Below are positions 8,023-17,133 of a stretch of 59,062 bases of DNA, one piece after another. Both the position numbers and the translations under genes were made by a program. The notes below the pieces were generated by a model. The model saw only the letters and a list, made by a program, of their open reading frames with translations, did not search any database and was not told the origin of the DNA. The stretch spans positions 1 through 59,062 of IMG/VR virus record IMGVR_UViG_3300037493_000177; one strand, written 5' to 3'. The first letter of the stretch is position 1. Every line of letters starts with the position of its first letter. The stretch is from a virus (Duplodnaviria > Caudoviricetes).

Positions 8023-8456
8023 TTTATTCCTAGATGATGTTCAGTCAATATTATGAAATCCCATTGTCTATCATTTGCATACGTTGTTGCGGCTTTCCAC
8101 TTTGCTTCGTTTACGCCCCATGTTAATACTTCCTGTATATAACGCTTAGTTCTTTTAGATGGAGGAACCGGAGGTCTCGTTTGAGCATCTGGTTTTACTT
8201 CTACTAAATAAGTCTTAATACTTCCATCCTTGGTTTTCACTTTTATCTTGAAGTCTATAAAATATCTATGATGTCTATTGTCAACTGGAGATACATATGG
8301 GACGATAGTCTCTTCTGAGCTCCAACTTAAAACTGATGAATTCTTATCACACCATAGTGCAAATTTGGTTTCCCAGCTAGATCTCATAATAATGTTAGTA
8401 TGATCCCCAATATACTTCTCTGGATGTATCGGTTTGTACTTGCGCTTGTGAAACAT
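8019..8456 (-). CDS. gp4: head completion nuclease gp4
   Basis: PEKYIGD..I.RSSWE..F..WCD, WSSEE..VPY, HRYFIDF, EVKP, VNEAKW. Confidence 0.95.
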   Translation of the reverse strand: MFHKRKYKPIHPEKYIGDHTNIIMRSSWETKFALWCDKNSSVLSWSSEETIVPYVSPVDNRHHRYFIDFKIKVKTKDGSIKTYLVEVKPDAQTRPPVPPSKRTKRYIQEVLTWGVNEAKWKAATTYANDRQWDFIILTEHHLGIK

Positions 8457-8457
8457 T

Positions 8458-8465
8458 TATAAATA
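8458..8465 (+). promoter_or_regulatory. late promoter for the gp48 baseplate operon
   Basis: Perfect TATAAATA. Confidence 0.8.
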
Positions 8466-8484
8466 TACTATAGCTAATACTAAC

Positions 8485-8492
8485 TATTTATA
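8485..8492 (-). promoter_or_regulatory. late promoter for the gp4-gp2-gp54 operon
   Basis: TATTTATA on the plus strand, i.e. TATAAATA on the minus strand. Confidence 0.8.
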
Positions 8493-8501
8493 GGAATTTG
8501 A

Positions 8502-9614
8502 ATGGCAACAGCAGAATCAGGAATTCCAGCAGCAAATGCTATTCCAAAAAACAACTATCAACCTAAATCTTTTGATTCCAATCAAAAGAAGTACGCTGTA
8601 GAAGGCTATTCATATCCCGAAAACTTGATGGGACACATGGCTGAATACGGCAGTAATTACGTGCTATTCTACATAAACGTCAATGAAGCATCAAAAATGC
8701 TTCAGAATCCAGATGCCTCAAGCCTAACAGTAGATATTGATACTAGTGAACGAGTAAAAAAAGGATTAGCTGGCAAGGAATACACTACTGCTAATGTAGC
8801 GGCAGTGCAAACTGGGTTTGGTGCAGTAAGTGGCGCTGGCGCTGGTGGTGCTCTTGGCGCTGCTCTTGCTGGAAAAATAGGAGGCGGAGTTGCTGCTGGT
8901 GCATTAGTTGGCGGAGCAGTAACTGGTGTAGGAGCTGCTGCTGTTGCTGCAAACGCTTCTGGATTTTCAAGAACTCAGAAGAGATTGAAAACCGCAATAG
9001 CACTTCACGTCCCTAATCAATTATCTATCAGATATGGTGCTAACTGGGGTGAAGAAGAAACGTTTGGAATGCAAGCTGCACAAACTGGAATCGAAATAGC
9101 AAAAGCACTTTCTAAAGGTGAAGGCGCAATTGCTGCTAAAGGCACCTCAGAAATAGTGGCAAGTTTAGCGTTATCAAAGGGTCCTAACGCTGGAGCGATG
9201 TCAGCAATGTCAGGATTAGCACCAAATCCTATGAAAGAACAGGTGTTCAAAGGCGTAGACTTTAGAACATTCAGTGTTGACTATAGTTTTTCTCCTAGAA
9301 ATGCTAAAGAATCTCGCAGCGTGTTAAACATCATTGCAGCATTTAAATATCACATGCATCCAGAATATAAAGATGCTAATAATTTCTTGTTCTTATATCC
9401 ATCAGAATTTGACATAGTGTATTACCATAATGGCGTTGAAAACATGAATATTCATCGACATACTTCATGTGTATTGACAGAAATGAATGTCAATTATACT
9501 CCAAATGGGAATTTTACTACATTTGCCGGCGGTATGCCAACACAGATTAATATCACGATGTCATTTAAAGAACTCACTATTCTTACTAAAGAACTTATTG
9601 CACAGGGTCTATAA
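8502..9614 (+). CDS. gp48: baseplate tail-tube cap gp48
   Basis: YPENL, IALHVP, NPMKEQVFKGVDFRTF...FSPRNAKES, YPSEFDI, CVLT.MNVNYTPNG, F.ELTILTK. Confidence 0.88.
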   Translation: MATAESGIPAANAIPKNNYQPKSFDSNQKKYAVEGYSYPENLMGHMAEYGSNYVLFYINVNEASKMLQNPDASSLTVDIDTSERVKKGLAGKEYTTANVAAVQTGFGAVSGAGAGGALGAALAGKIGGGVAAGALVGGAVTGVGAAAVAANASGFSRTQKRLKTAIALHVPNQLSIRYGANWGEEETFGMQAAQTGIEIAKALSKGEGAIAAKGTSEIVASLALSKGPNAGAMSAMSGLAPNPMKEQVFKGVDFRTFSVDYSFSPRNAKESRSVLNIIAAFKYHMHPEYKDANNFLFLYPSEFDIVYYHNGVENMNIHRHTSCVLTEMNVNYTPNGNFTTFAGGMPTQINITMSFKELTILTKELIAQGL

Positions 9615-10345
9615 TGTATTTCGCAAACTTTCCAAAAATAGTATATGATTTTGATACGACATCTGGTACTAACTATCAGATTGTAACTGATATTACGCGC
9701 AATGTCAGATTCCGCAAAATGATTCTTGAAAATATTAGTTTGTACGACTACTATGATATGAAAGAAGGCGAAACCCCGGAGATAGTATCTGAAAAGATTT
9801 ATGGTACACCATATTACCACTGGGTCATAATGCTAGCTAATCAACGATACGACTATATTAATGATTTTCCAGTAAGTCAACTTGAATTAGATGCATTGGT
9901 TGAACAACGATATAGCGTTAATAAGATAGAACATATACACCACTACAAATATAATGGCTTTATTCGCGAAGGTGTTAACATTCTCGTTGTTAGAGATTCG
10001 GTTTTGCTAGATGGTGGTATTGGCGAGATGGCTGTTGGCAAAATACTAGTTAGTCAAACAAATGGATATGTTGGAAGAATTGATGAAATTTTAGTAGAAT
10101 CTAATAATGCAACAGTGACACTCTCAGTATCTTTGCGAAATGGCAAATTCATGCCAAATGAAACTCTTACTGTACAAAATGAAAACGTGTTTGTTGAAGT
10201 TCAAACCTGTACTATCCCTGATAATTATACAGTAACGTCTAATTATCAATACGAGTTTGATTTAAATGAAGCTAAGCGTAGAATAAAAATAATCGATCCT
10301 GCATTAGTTGAACAACTAATCAAGGAATTTAAAGATACCATATGA
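9614..10345 (+). CDS. gp53: baseplate wedge protein gp53
   Basis: MYFANFPKI.Y, GETPEIVSEKIYG..YHWVIMLAN, NEAKRRIKII.P. Confidence 0.92.
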   Translation: MYFANFPKIVYDFDTTSGTNYQIVTDITRNVRFRKMILENISLYDYYDMKEGETPEIVSEKIYGTPYYHWVIMLANQRYDYINDFPVSQLELDALVEQRYSVNKIEHIHHYKYNGFIREGVNILVVRDSVLLDGGIGEMAVGKILVSQTNGYVGRIDEILVESNNATVTLSVSLRNGKFMPNETLTVQNENVFVEVQTCTIPDNYTVTSNYQYEFDLNEAKRRIKIIDPALVEQLIKEFKDTI

Positions 10346-11628
10346 GCCAAAGTGCAATAGCAGAATCATTAAGATTTGCCGGTGACGTATCAATACGCAA
10401 ATTACAGTTAGTATCATCTAACAACTTTGCAGTTGATATCACCGATCAAATGATCGGCATAGAAATGCACGAGGATTTATTCTCGCCATTTATTACTATG
10501 ACTATAGTAGTGCGCGAGTCTCTTGACTTTATCAATTCTTTGCCTCTGCGTGGCGAAGAAATTATAAATGTAGAGTTTGCTACTCCAACTTTTACTAAAG
10601 ATAACGATATCGTAAAAGGAAAGTTCTACGTTTATAAATTGAGTGATAGACAGTTGCTCAATGATAAGAATTCGGTGTACGCATTGCATTGCATATCGTA
10701 TGAAGCTCTTACTGATATGAACGTCAAACAATCTAAAGCGTTTAGAGGGAATATTAGCGATATCGCAGAAACTCTCATCAAAGCAGATGGTTTAAATACA
10801 ACTAAAAAGTATAACATTGAACCAACTAAGAATTCAATGAAGTATGTTTCAAACTTCTGGTCTCCGATTAAAAATTTGAATTTCATAGCATGTAACGCTC
10901 TCAATAAAAATGGAAGTGCATCCTATCTATTTTTTGAAAATAGAACAGGGTTTAATTTCGTATCATTAGATGCGCTGTATGCACAAGACACGTATCAGAA
11001 ATTCGTAAAAGATAATTATACTCGTGATACAGAAGGAACTGCGTCATTTAGAAATTTAGATAGAGACTACCAAAGAATCATAGAATTTAGAATTAAAACT
11101 CTTTATGATTCTTTAAAATATACTAGTTCTGGAGCGTACGCTTCTAGATTATTCGCGTATGATTTAGTTAAAAAGAAATACTTTGCTAAAGACTTCGTAG
11201 CATCCAATGATTTTAGCAAGTTCAACCATTTGAATAAGCTTCCATTATATACGAGTTTCAAACCAGTTAGTCCAGTCAATTCTATAAGCACAGAAGTTAG
11301 ACACTTTGGAAGTCATAACGGTTTTGCCGATACTAGCAATGTTGCATTCGAACAATCTAGAAATTCTGCTATTCAAACATTAAGATCTTCGACTGTAGAG
11401 ATTGAGGTATTTGGTAGAACAGATTATACTGTTGGCCAAAAAATGTATATTGAAGTTTATAAACCAACTGTCATGACTTCAACTGACGACATGAGCACCA
11501 ACGATAAAACTGGCGTTATTGACACAACTTATTCTGGAAATTATATTGTTACTGCTATTAATCACATGATCGATAGAGAGAGTCACACATGTATTTTAGA
11601 ATTATCTAAAGAATCGATGATAGAATGA
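10342..11628 (+). CDS. baseplate hub protein (gp27-like)
   Basis: Lies between gp53 and gp5; EDLFSPF, LPLRGEE, YLFFENRTGFNFVSL, SGNYIVTAINH motifs typical of hub proteins. Confidence 0.6.
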   Translation: MSQSAIAESLRFAGDVSIRKLQLVSSNNFAVDITDQMIGIEMHEDLFSPFITMTIVVRESLDFINSLPLRGEEIINVEFATPTFTKDNDIVKGKFYVYKLSDRQLLNDKNSVYALHCISYEALTDMNVKQSKAFRGNISDIAETLIKADGLNTTKKYNIEPTKNSMKYVSNFWSPIKNLNFIACNALNKNGSASYLFFENRTGFNFVSLDALYAQDTYQKFVKDNYTRDTEGTASFRNLDRDYQRIIEFRIKTLYDSLKYTSSGAYASRLFAYDLVKKKYFAKDFVASNDFSKFNHLNKLPLYTSFKPVSPVNSISTEVRHFGSHNGFADTSNVAFEQSRNSAIQTLRSSTVEIEVFGRTDYTVGQKMYIEVYKPTVMTSTDDMSTNDKTGVIDTTYSGNYIVTAINHMIDRESHTCILELSKESMIE

Positions 11629-14105
11629 TATACACTGGCGTTGTAGAAAATAGATATGATCCACTGAAACTTGGCCGATGCCAAGTCAGAATAATCGGAC
11701 TTCATACTCACGATAAACAAAGACTTCCAACTGAAGACTTGCCTTGGGCGTATCCAATGCAGAGTATAACTTCAGCTGCGATGAGTGGCATTGGTTCGAC
11801 ACCTCTTGGTTTAGTTGAAGGCACGTCAGTATTAATTGCATTCCAAGACGTTGATTTACAATATCCTATTATGATAGGATCACTTGGTGGAATTCCACAG
11901 AGCGCAAGTAGTATTAGCGTAGATGATTCTACACTTCAATTAAAAATTGATGGTGAATTAAAAGAATCTAATGCACAAAGTAACATCGTCGTTGATGGCA
12001 CTGGAAACCCAGTACTCAGTGGCGATGGAACTCCTGTAACTACGACACAGCCACCACCGACTTTAGAGAATACTAATGCTCTTAAACGTGCTGCAGAGTT
12101 TACTCCAAGCGCAAACTGCATAGCACTAATTAAGAGATTTGAGGGATTGAAACTTCAATCATACCAAGATTCTGTTGGTATATGGACTATTGGTTATGGA
12201 ACCACTAGAATAAATGGTCAGCCTCTTACTAGTGGAATGAATATCACCATTGCTCAGGCTGAATCATATTTGCTTTCAGACTTATCGGCTGACCATGCAG
12301 CATCTGTAAAACGCAATACAAGAGCATTGATCACGCAATCTATGTTCGATGCACTAGCATGCTTTACGTATAATGTCGGAAGTGGCAATTTTGCAAAATC
12401 CACACTATTAAAAGACTTAAACGCTAGCAAGTATTTGGACGCAGCCGCTGGATTTTTACAATGGGATAAAGCTGGTGGAGTAATACTTGCTGGATTGACT
12501 AAGCGTAGATTAGCTGAAAAAGATTTATTTTTAGCCGATGGAATTCCAAATTCTGCAGGAGAATTACCACCAACTGAACAGACGACAGCGACAGTTGCAA
12601 CGACAGGAACTGCGACAGCCGCAGCAACAACTACGGGTGCAGTTCAATCAACTGGAAGTGTTAATGGATTTGGCGATCCAAAAGGTGTATACCCACTCTA
12701 TATCAATGAGCCTGATACTAATAGATTAGCACGACATGAAGAAATTAGTAAAACGATTGTTTATAAAAAAGATGCTGCGCTAGTCAAAGGTGTTGAAGTT
12801 GCTGGTGGAACTACATGGGACCAATCACCTAATCCGTACAACACGTCATATCCGTTTAACCATGTGATGATGACGGAATCTGGTCACGTATTAGAGTTTG
12901 ACGATTCTCCACATTCAGAACGTATTCATTTATATCACAAGTCCGGCACCTTCATGGAGATTGATGCTAATGGAACTCAAGTTACTCGCATAGTCGGCGA
13001 TGGATACGAAATATACGAGAGAAATGGGTATGTACATATCAATGGTTCGCTCAATGTGACAGTTGATGGTGCCGCTAACATTCTAGTTAAGAATGGATTA
13101 AACTTAGATGTACGAGGCACTGTAAACATCAACGTTTACAATGACGTAAATCTTAACGTGAGTGGATCACTGAATGCATCAGTGACTGAATCATTTAAAC
13201 TTAAAGCTGCTACTGTCATTATCGAAGGTGATACTGTAGATCTAAGATCTAACGGTGGGTTGACTATGAGTGGTAGTGGAGATGTTAACATTAATTCTGG
13301 TGGAACTTTACATGCAGATGGATCATTCATTGATATTGCTAATGGTGCTTCTACAGCAGTTGCATCTGGATTAGGTGCAGCAGGTGCTAAACAAACACCA
13401 GAAATGCCAGAGTTTAATCCATTGACTGTGATAGGTAGAAGTGCTGGCGCTGCTGGACAATATGAAACTCCTGAAGAAGGTGATTCATCTACGTATCAAC
13501 AAAAGCAAATTAACAGTGGTGCAATTAAGTCTGAAGAACTTAATACTGGAGCTCAAACAGAAGCCGCCGCTGCACCAACAAATACTGTCGCGCCCGCAAC
13601 AGCGAGTTGCGATATCATTATGATGAAGCAAACGTTTGAGCCATCATTCTCGTTATCTAAGAATTATACACTTGCGGCATTGACTTCGAATGGCAGTAGA
13701 ATGCCAGTAGCACAACAGGGCTTAAGCGCGCAGACAATCGTGTGCAATCTAAAAGGTCTATGTGAAAACTACTTAGAAGTAGTTCGAAATCTATATCCCA
13801 ATGTGATTATCACTTCTGGGTTTAGACGCCCTGGCGACGTTGCGGCTTCATCGAAGACATCTGATCATTATCTTGGTTCTGCTGTCGATATCGTAATTCC
13901 TAGTATTGGCAGAAAAGGTCACTATGAAGCAATTCAAAGAATTCAACAATTGGTCCCATATGATCAGTTGATTTTAGAATATCAAGGTGCAACAACCGTG
14001 TGGATTCATGGATCGTTCAGATATACTGGCGCTAGAAAACAAATATTTACAATGCGTGATCATCGTAGAATTGGTGACATGGGTCAATTCATATTAGTAG
14101 CATGA
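11625..14105 (+). CDS. gp5: baseplate central spike gp5 with GH24 lysozyme and C-terminal M15 peptidase
   Basis: OB fold (GVVENRYDPLKLGRCQVRIIGLH..LPWA), lysozyme E-x8-D-x5-T, YPFNHV.TESGH..EFDD beta-helix region, then SGFR...SDHYLGSAVD...WIH. Confidence 0.92.
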   Translation: MIYTGVVENRYDPLKLGRCQVRIIGLHTHDKQRLPTEDLPWAYPMQSITSAAMSGIGSTPLGLVEGTSVLIAFQDVDLQYPIMIGSLGGIPQSASSISVDDSTLQLKIDGELKESNAQSNIVVDGTGNPVLSGDGTPVTTTQPPPTLENTNALKRAAEFTPSANCIALIKRFEGLKLQSYQDSVGIWTIGYGTTRINGQPLTSGMNITIAQAESYLLSDLSADHAASVKRNTRALITQSMFDALACFTYNVGSGNFAKSTLLKDLNASKYLDAAAGFLQWDKAGGVILAGLTKRRLAEKDLFLADGIPNSAGELPPTEQTTATVATTGTATAAATTTGAVQSTGSVNGFGDPKGVYPLYINEPDTNRLARHEEISKTIVYKKDAALVKGVEVAGGTTWDQSPNPYNTSYPFNHVMMTESGHVLEFDDSPHSERIHLYHKSGTFMEIDANGTQVTRIVGDGYEIYERNGYVHINGSLNVTVDGAANILVKNGLNLDVRGTVNINVYNDVNLNVSGSLNASVTESFKLKAATVIIEGDTVDLRSNGGLTMSGSGDVNINSGGTLHADGSFIDIANGASTAVASGLGAAGAKQTPEMPEFNPLTVIGRSAGAAGQYETPEEGDSSTYQQKQINSGAIKSEELNTGAQTEAAAAPTNTVAPATASCDIIMMKQTFEPSFSLSKNYTLAALTSNGSRMPVAQQGLSAQTIVCNLKGLCENYLEVVRNLYPNVIITSGFRRPGDVAASSKTSDHYLGSAVDIVIPSIGRKGHYEAIQRIQQLVPYDQLILEYQGATTVWIHGSFRYTGARKQIFTMRDHRRIGDMGQFILVA

Positions 14106-14632
14106 CAGTAATAGTAACAAGCACTCCAGCAAGTATTTCCGGAGAGGAAGATAGCGCTGTTGTCTACGAAGGCGCTTCACCGTTAAATAGACTTCCACCA
14201 GTTAGAGAGTATATTGATACTTTCGATATTTCTGCTGCGTTTACGTCTAGCGTTGCTGACACCCTGTATGTCGTTACTGGAGTAAGCGCATCTCCTACTA
14301 TAGATGGCATATCTACTTCATTTTCTGGAAATACTATAAATATAGTTGGCACGGTTATGAATGTGTTTAATTCTAAATATTATCAATTCAAAATGCCGGA
14401 TGGTAGTGTAAAAATCTTACAGCCAAACACCACTGAAGATTTTTATGGTATTATTAAATATCAGCCTGATTTTTTAAGATATGTTGAAGTTACATACACT
14501 GTAACTCTGTTGCCAACTGTATTGGGAATTCAAGATATTCCTGAAACGATTATCGTGAAGCAAACGGTGAATAATGATTGGGAATCTAATAGATTACTTC
14601 TAAAACAATTAGTAGCACAAGGACAACATTAA
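14102..14632 (+). CDS. hypothetical baseplate protein (gp5.1 position)
   Basis: Translationally coupled between gp5 and PAAR; beta-rich. Confidence 0.6.
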   Translation: MTVIVTSTPASISGEEDSAVVYEGASPLNRLPPVREYIDTFDISAAFTSSVADTLYVVTGVSASPTIDGISTSFSGNTINIVGTVMNVFNSKYYQFKMPDGSVKILQPNTTEDFYGIIKYQPDFLRYVEVTYTVTLLPTVLGIQDIPETIIVKQTVNNDWESNRLLLKQLVAQGQH

Positions 14633-14931
14633 TGCCAGCAGTATCATTAGAAGGACACGTATCAACCGGTCACTTGTGCTTTCCTCCAACTTCGACTGAA
14701 TCTGGATTTTCTTCTAAGACGAACGTAGAAGGAAAGGCTTGTCAACTTTTAGGATTAACTAAATACGTAGATCACGCATGCGGATCTATTCATAAAGATG
14801 CAATGCGGAAAGTATCTTCAGGCAGTAGTAAGGTTAACATAGAAGGAAAAGCCGCTGTACGAATAGGTGACTCCATCGCGTGTGGTGATACTGTAGCTCA
14901 AGGCGCTTCTAAAGTCTTTATTGGTGGATAA
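14632..14931 (+). CDS. PAAR-type spike tip protein (gp5.4-like)
   Basis: MPAVS..GH.STGH.CFPPT, HAC, GSSKVNIEGKAAVRIGDSIACG. Confidence 0.9.
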   Translation: MPAVSLEGHVSTGHLCFPPTSTESGFSSKTNVEGKACQLLGLTKYVDHACGSIHKDAMRKVSSGSSKVNIEGKAAVRIGDSIACGDTVAQGASKVFIGG

Positions 14932-14934
14932 ATA
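14927..14934 (+). promoter_or_regulatory. probable late promoter variant before gp25
   Basis: GATAAATA (7/8 match) just before the gp25 ATG. Confidence 0.4.
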
Positions 14935-14938
14935 ACAT

Positions 14939-15328
14939 ATGGCTAAAACAAGAACATTCTCCGATCTAGACCTGAATTTCACAGCAAATCCAGTATCTAA
15001 AGACGTCTCTAGAAAATATGATGAGAATGCTATAAAGCAGTCAATTAAAAATCTTATTTTGACTAAGAATTTTGAGCGTCCATTTCGAAGTGACATTGGT
15101 TCTCAGATAAAAACACTTATGTTTGAACCGATAACGCCAATGCTTTCAGCGCTGGTTAAAAAAACAATAGAGAATACGCTTAATTCGTATGAACCTAGAG
15201 CAAACATTCTTGATATCTCAGTGTTACTCAGTCCCGACAATAACGGAATATACGTAACTATCGTATTTGCAATAGTTAACACGAGCACCCCGATAAGTGT
15301 TGATCTATTTCTAGAAAGAACTCGCTAA
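14939..15328 (+). CDS. gp25: baseplate wedge subunit gp25
   Basis: FSDLDLNF, AIKQSIKNLILT..ERPF, YEPRA. Confidence 0.95.
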   Translation: MAKTRTFSDLDLNFTANPVSKDVSRKYDENAIKQSIKNLILTKNFERPFRSDIGSQIKTLMFEPITPMLSALVKKTIENTLNSYEPRANILDISVLLSPDNNGIYVTIVFAIVNTSTPISVDLFLERTR

Positions 15329-17133
15329 TGGCAACCAATAAAATCAATATATCAGAACTAGATTTTGACAATATCAAATCTAGTTTAAAAGAATACCTAA
15401 AAGGTCAGGATCAATTTACGGATTATGATTTTGAGGGTTCTGCTATTAACGTATTACTTGATATTCTAGCGTACAACACTCATTACAATGCTATGTACAC
15501 TAACTTAGCTATCAATGAGATGTTTTTAGATTCTGCAAGTAAGAGAGATAGCGTAGTATCTATTGCTAATAATTATGGGTATTTGCCTACATCAAAGTCA
15601 TGCGCAAAAGCAACTATTGGCATGACTGTTGCTGTTGGTACTTCTAGTGCTAACACACTATCCATTGCAAAGTCTACGCCGTTCACCTCAACTGTAAATG
15701 GTGTAGATTATAACTTCTACACTATGAACGAAAACATTGGTATTTCAAATGGTGTTGATTTTGTCTTTAGTCAGTTTCCAATTTACGAAGGTACTCCAGT
15801 TACTGAAAAATTTACAATATTTGCTGGCACCTCGATAATTCTTCAAAATCTTAATATTGACACTAATACAATTAAAGTGACGATACAGGATGTCGCAAAT
15901 TCATTTACTTCTTCTGTATATTCATACTCTGAAAAAATCATAGGACTAGTTCCAACGAGTGAAGTTTATTTCATTAAAGAAGTAGAAGGCGGAAAATACC
16001 AAGTGTATTTCGGCAAAGATAACTTAGGCAAAGAGCCTGCAGTGGGTTCTGTAGTAACAATAGAATACATGGTAACTGGTGGATCTAGTGGAAACGGAAT
16101 TGCGTTATTTACATATTCAGGTACTAATTTGCCAAGTATGCCGGTAGTAACTGTATCTAGCATTGCTAGTACAGGAAGAGATGGCGAAACAATCGATGAA
16201 ATAAAATATAACGTATCTCACAAATACAGAACTCAAGATAGAGCAGTTACTGCAAGTGATTACATTGACGTTATTCAAACAGCATATCCAGATATTGATG
16301 CGATTAACTGCTGGGGAGGAGAAAGCATGTCTCCTCCAATATACGGAAAAATATACATTTCTATCAAACCAAAAACTAGTTTGTTTTTAACATCTAGTGA
16401 AAAGAACTATATCACTGAATCTATAATTGCTCCTAAATCAATGTTAGGAATATCGCCAGTTCTATTAGATCCAGTCTATACGACAGTAGAATTAAGCACT
16501 ACGGTGTACTATAATCCAAACTTGACAAACAAATCGTCAACACAAATAACTGAACTCGTTCGTCAGTCTGTTATAAATTATAATGACACAGTACTACAAA
16601 AGTTTGATGGCGTATTGAGATATTCTAGATTGATACGAGCAATCGATGATGCAGATAGTAGCATTATCAACAATATCACAACAATACAATTAAGAAGAGT
16701 AGTGGACGTGATCTTCAACACTTCAACTAAATATACTATAGACATTAGTAATCAAATTTATTCGTCCGGTGTTCCAGAAGAATCTGTAATGACTAATGCG
16801 TTCTATATTGATAATAGTGGTACTAAGTACTATATAGACGACGATGCTGCAGGAAACTTACGTTTATTTTATTATAATCCACAAGATTACTCTAAAGTAT
16901 TTACAAATTTAAAAATTGGAACTGTGAATTATTTGACTGGCACTATAGTTGTTAATAATCTATTCGTGACCGGCGTAGTAGAATCAGATTTACAGTTTAT
17001 CATTAAACCGCAGTCTAATGATATTCTCTCAAAACATAACGAAATTGTTGACATAAGTTTAGATTATCTAAGCATCGACACAGTACAAGAACTTTCAGGC
17101 TCGACTCATCAGTTTGCATCTAGTAGAACATAA
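15328..17133 (+). CDS. gp6: baseplate wedge subunit gp6
   Basis: ELDFDNIK, FTDYDFEGS, LAYNTHYNA, NEMFLDSA, QDRAVTASDY, WGGE. Confidence 0.95.
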   Translation: MATNKINISELDFDNIKSSLKEYLKGQDQFTDYDFEGSAINVLLDILAYNTHYNAMYTNLAINEMFLDSASKRDSVVSIANNYGYLPTSKSCAKATIGMTVAVGTSSANTLSIAKSTPFTSTVNGVDYNFYTMNENIGISNGVDFVFSQFPIYEGTPVTEKFTIFAGTSIILQNLNIDTNTIKVTIQDVANSFTSSVYSYSEKIIGLVPTSEVYFIKEVEGGKYQVYFGKDNLGKEPAVGSVVTIEYMVTGGSSGNGIALFTYSGTNLPSMPVVTVSSIASTGRDGETIDEIKYNVSHKYRTQDRAVTASDYIDVIQTAYPDIDAINCWGGESMSPPIYGKIYISIKPKTSLFLTSSEKNYITESIIAPKSMLGISPVLLDPVYTTVELSTTVYYNPNLTNKSSTQITELVRQSVINYNDTVLQKFDGVLRYSRLIRAIDDADSSIINNITTIQLRRVVDVIFNTSTKYTIDISNQIYSSGVPEESVMTNAFYIDNSGTKYYIDDDAAGNLRLFYYNPQDYSKVFTNLKIGTVNYLTGTIVVNNLFVTGVVESDLQFIIKPQSNDILSKHNEIVDISLDYLSIDTVQELSGSTHQFASSRT

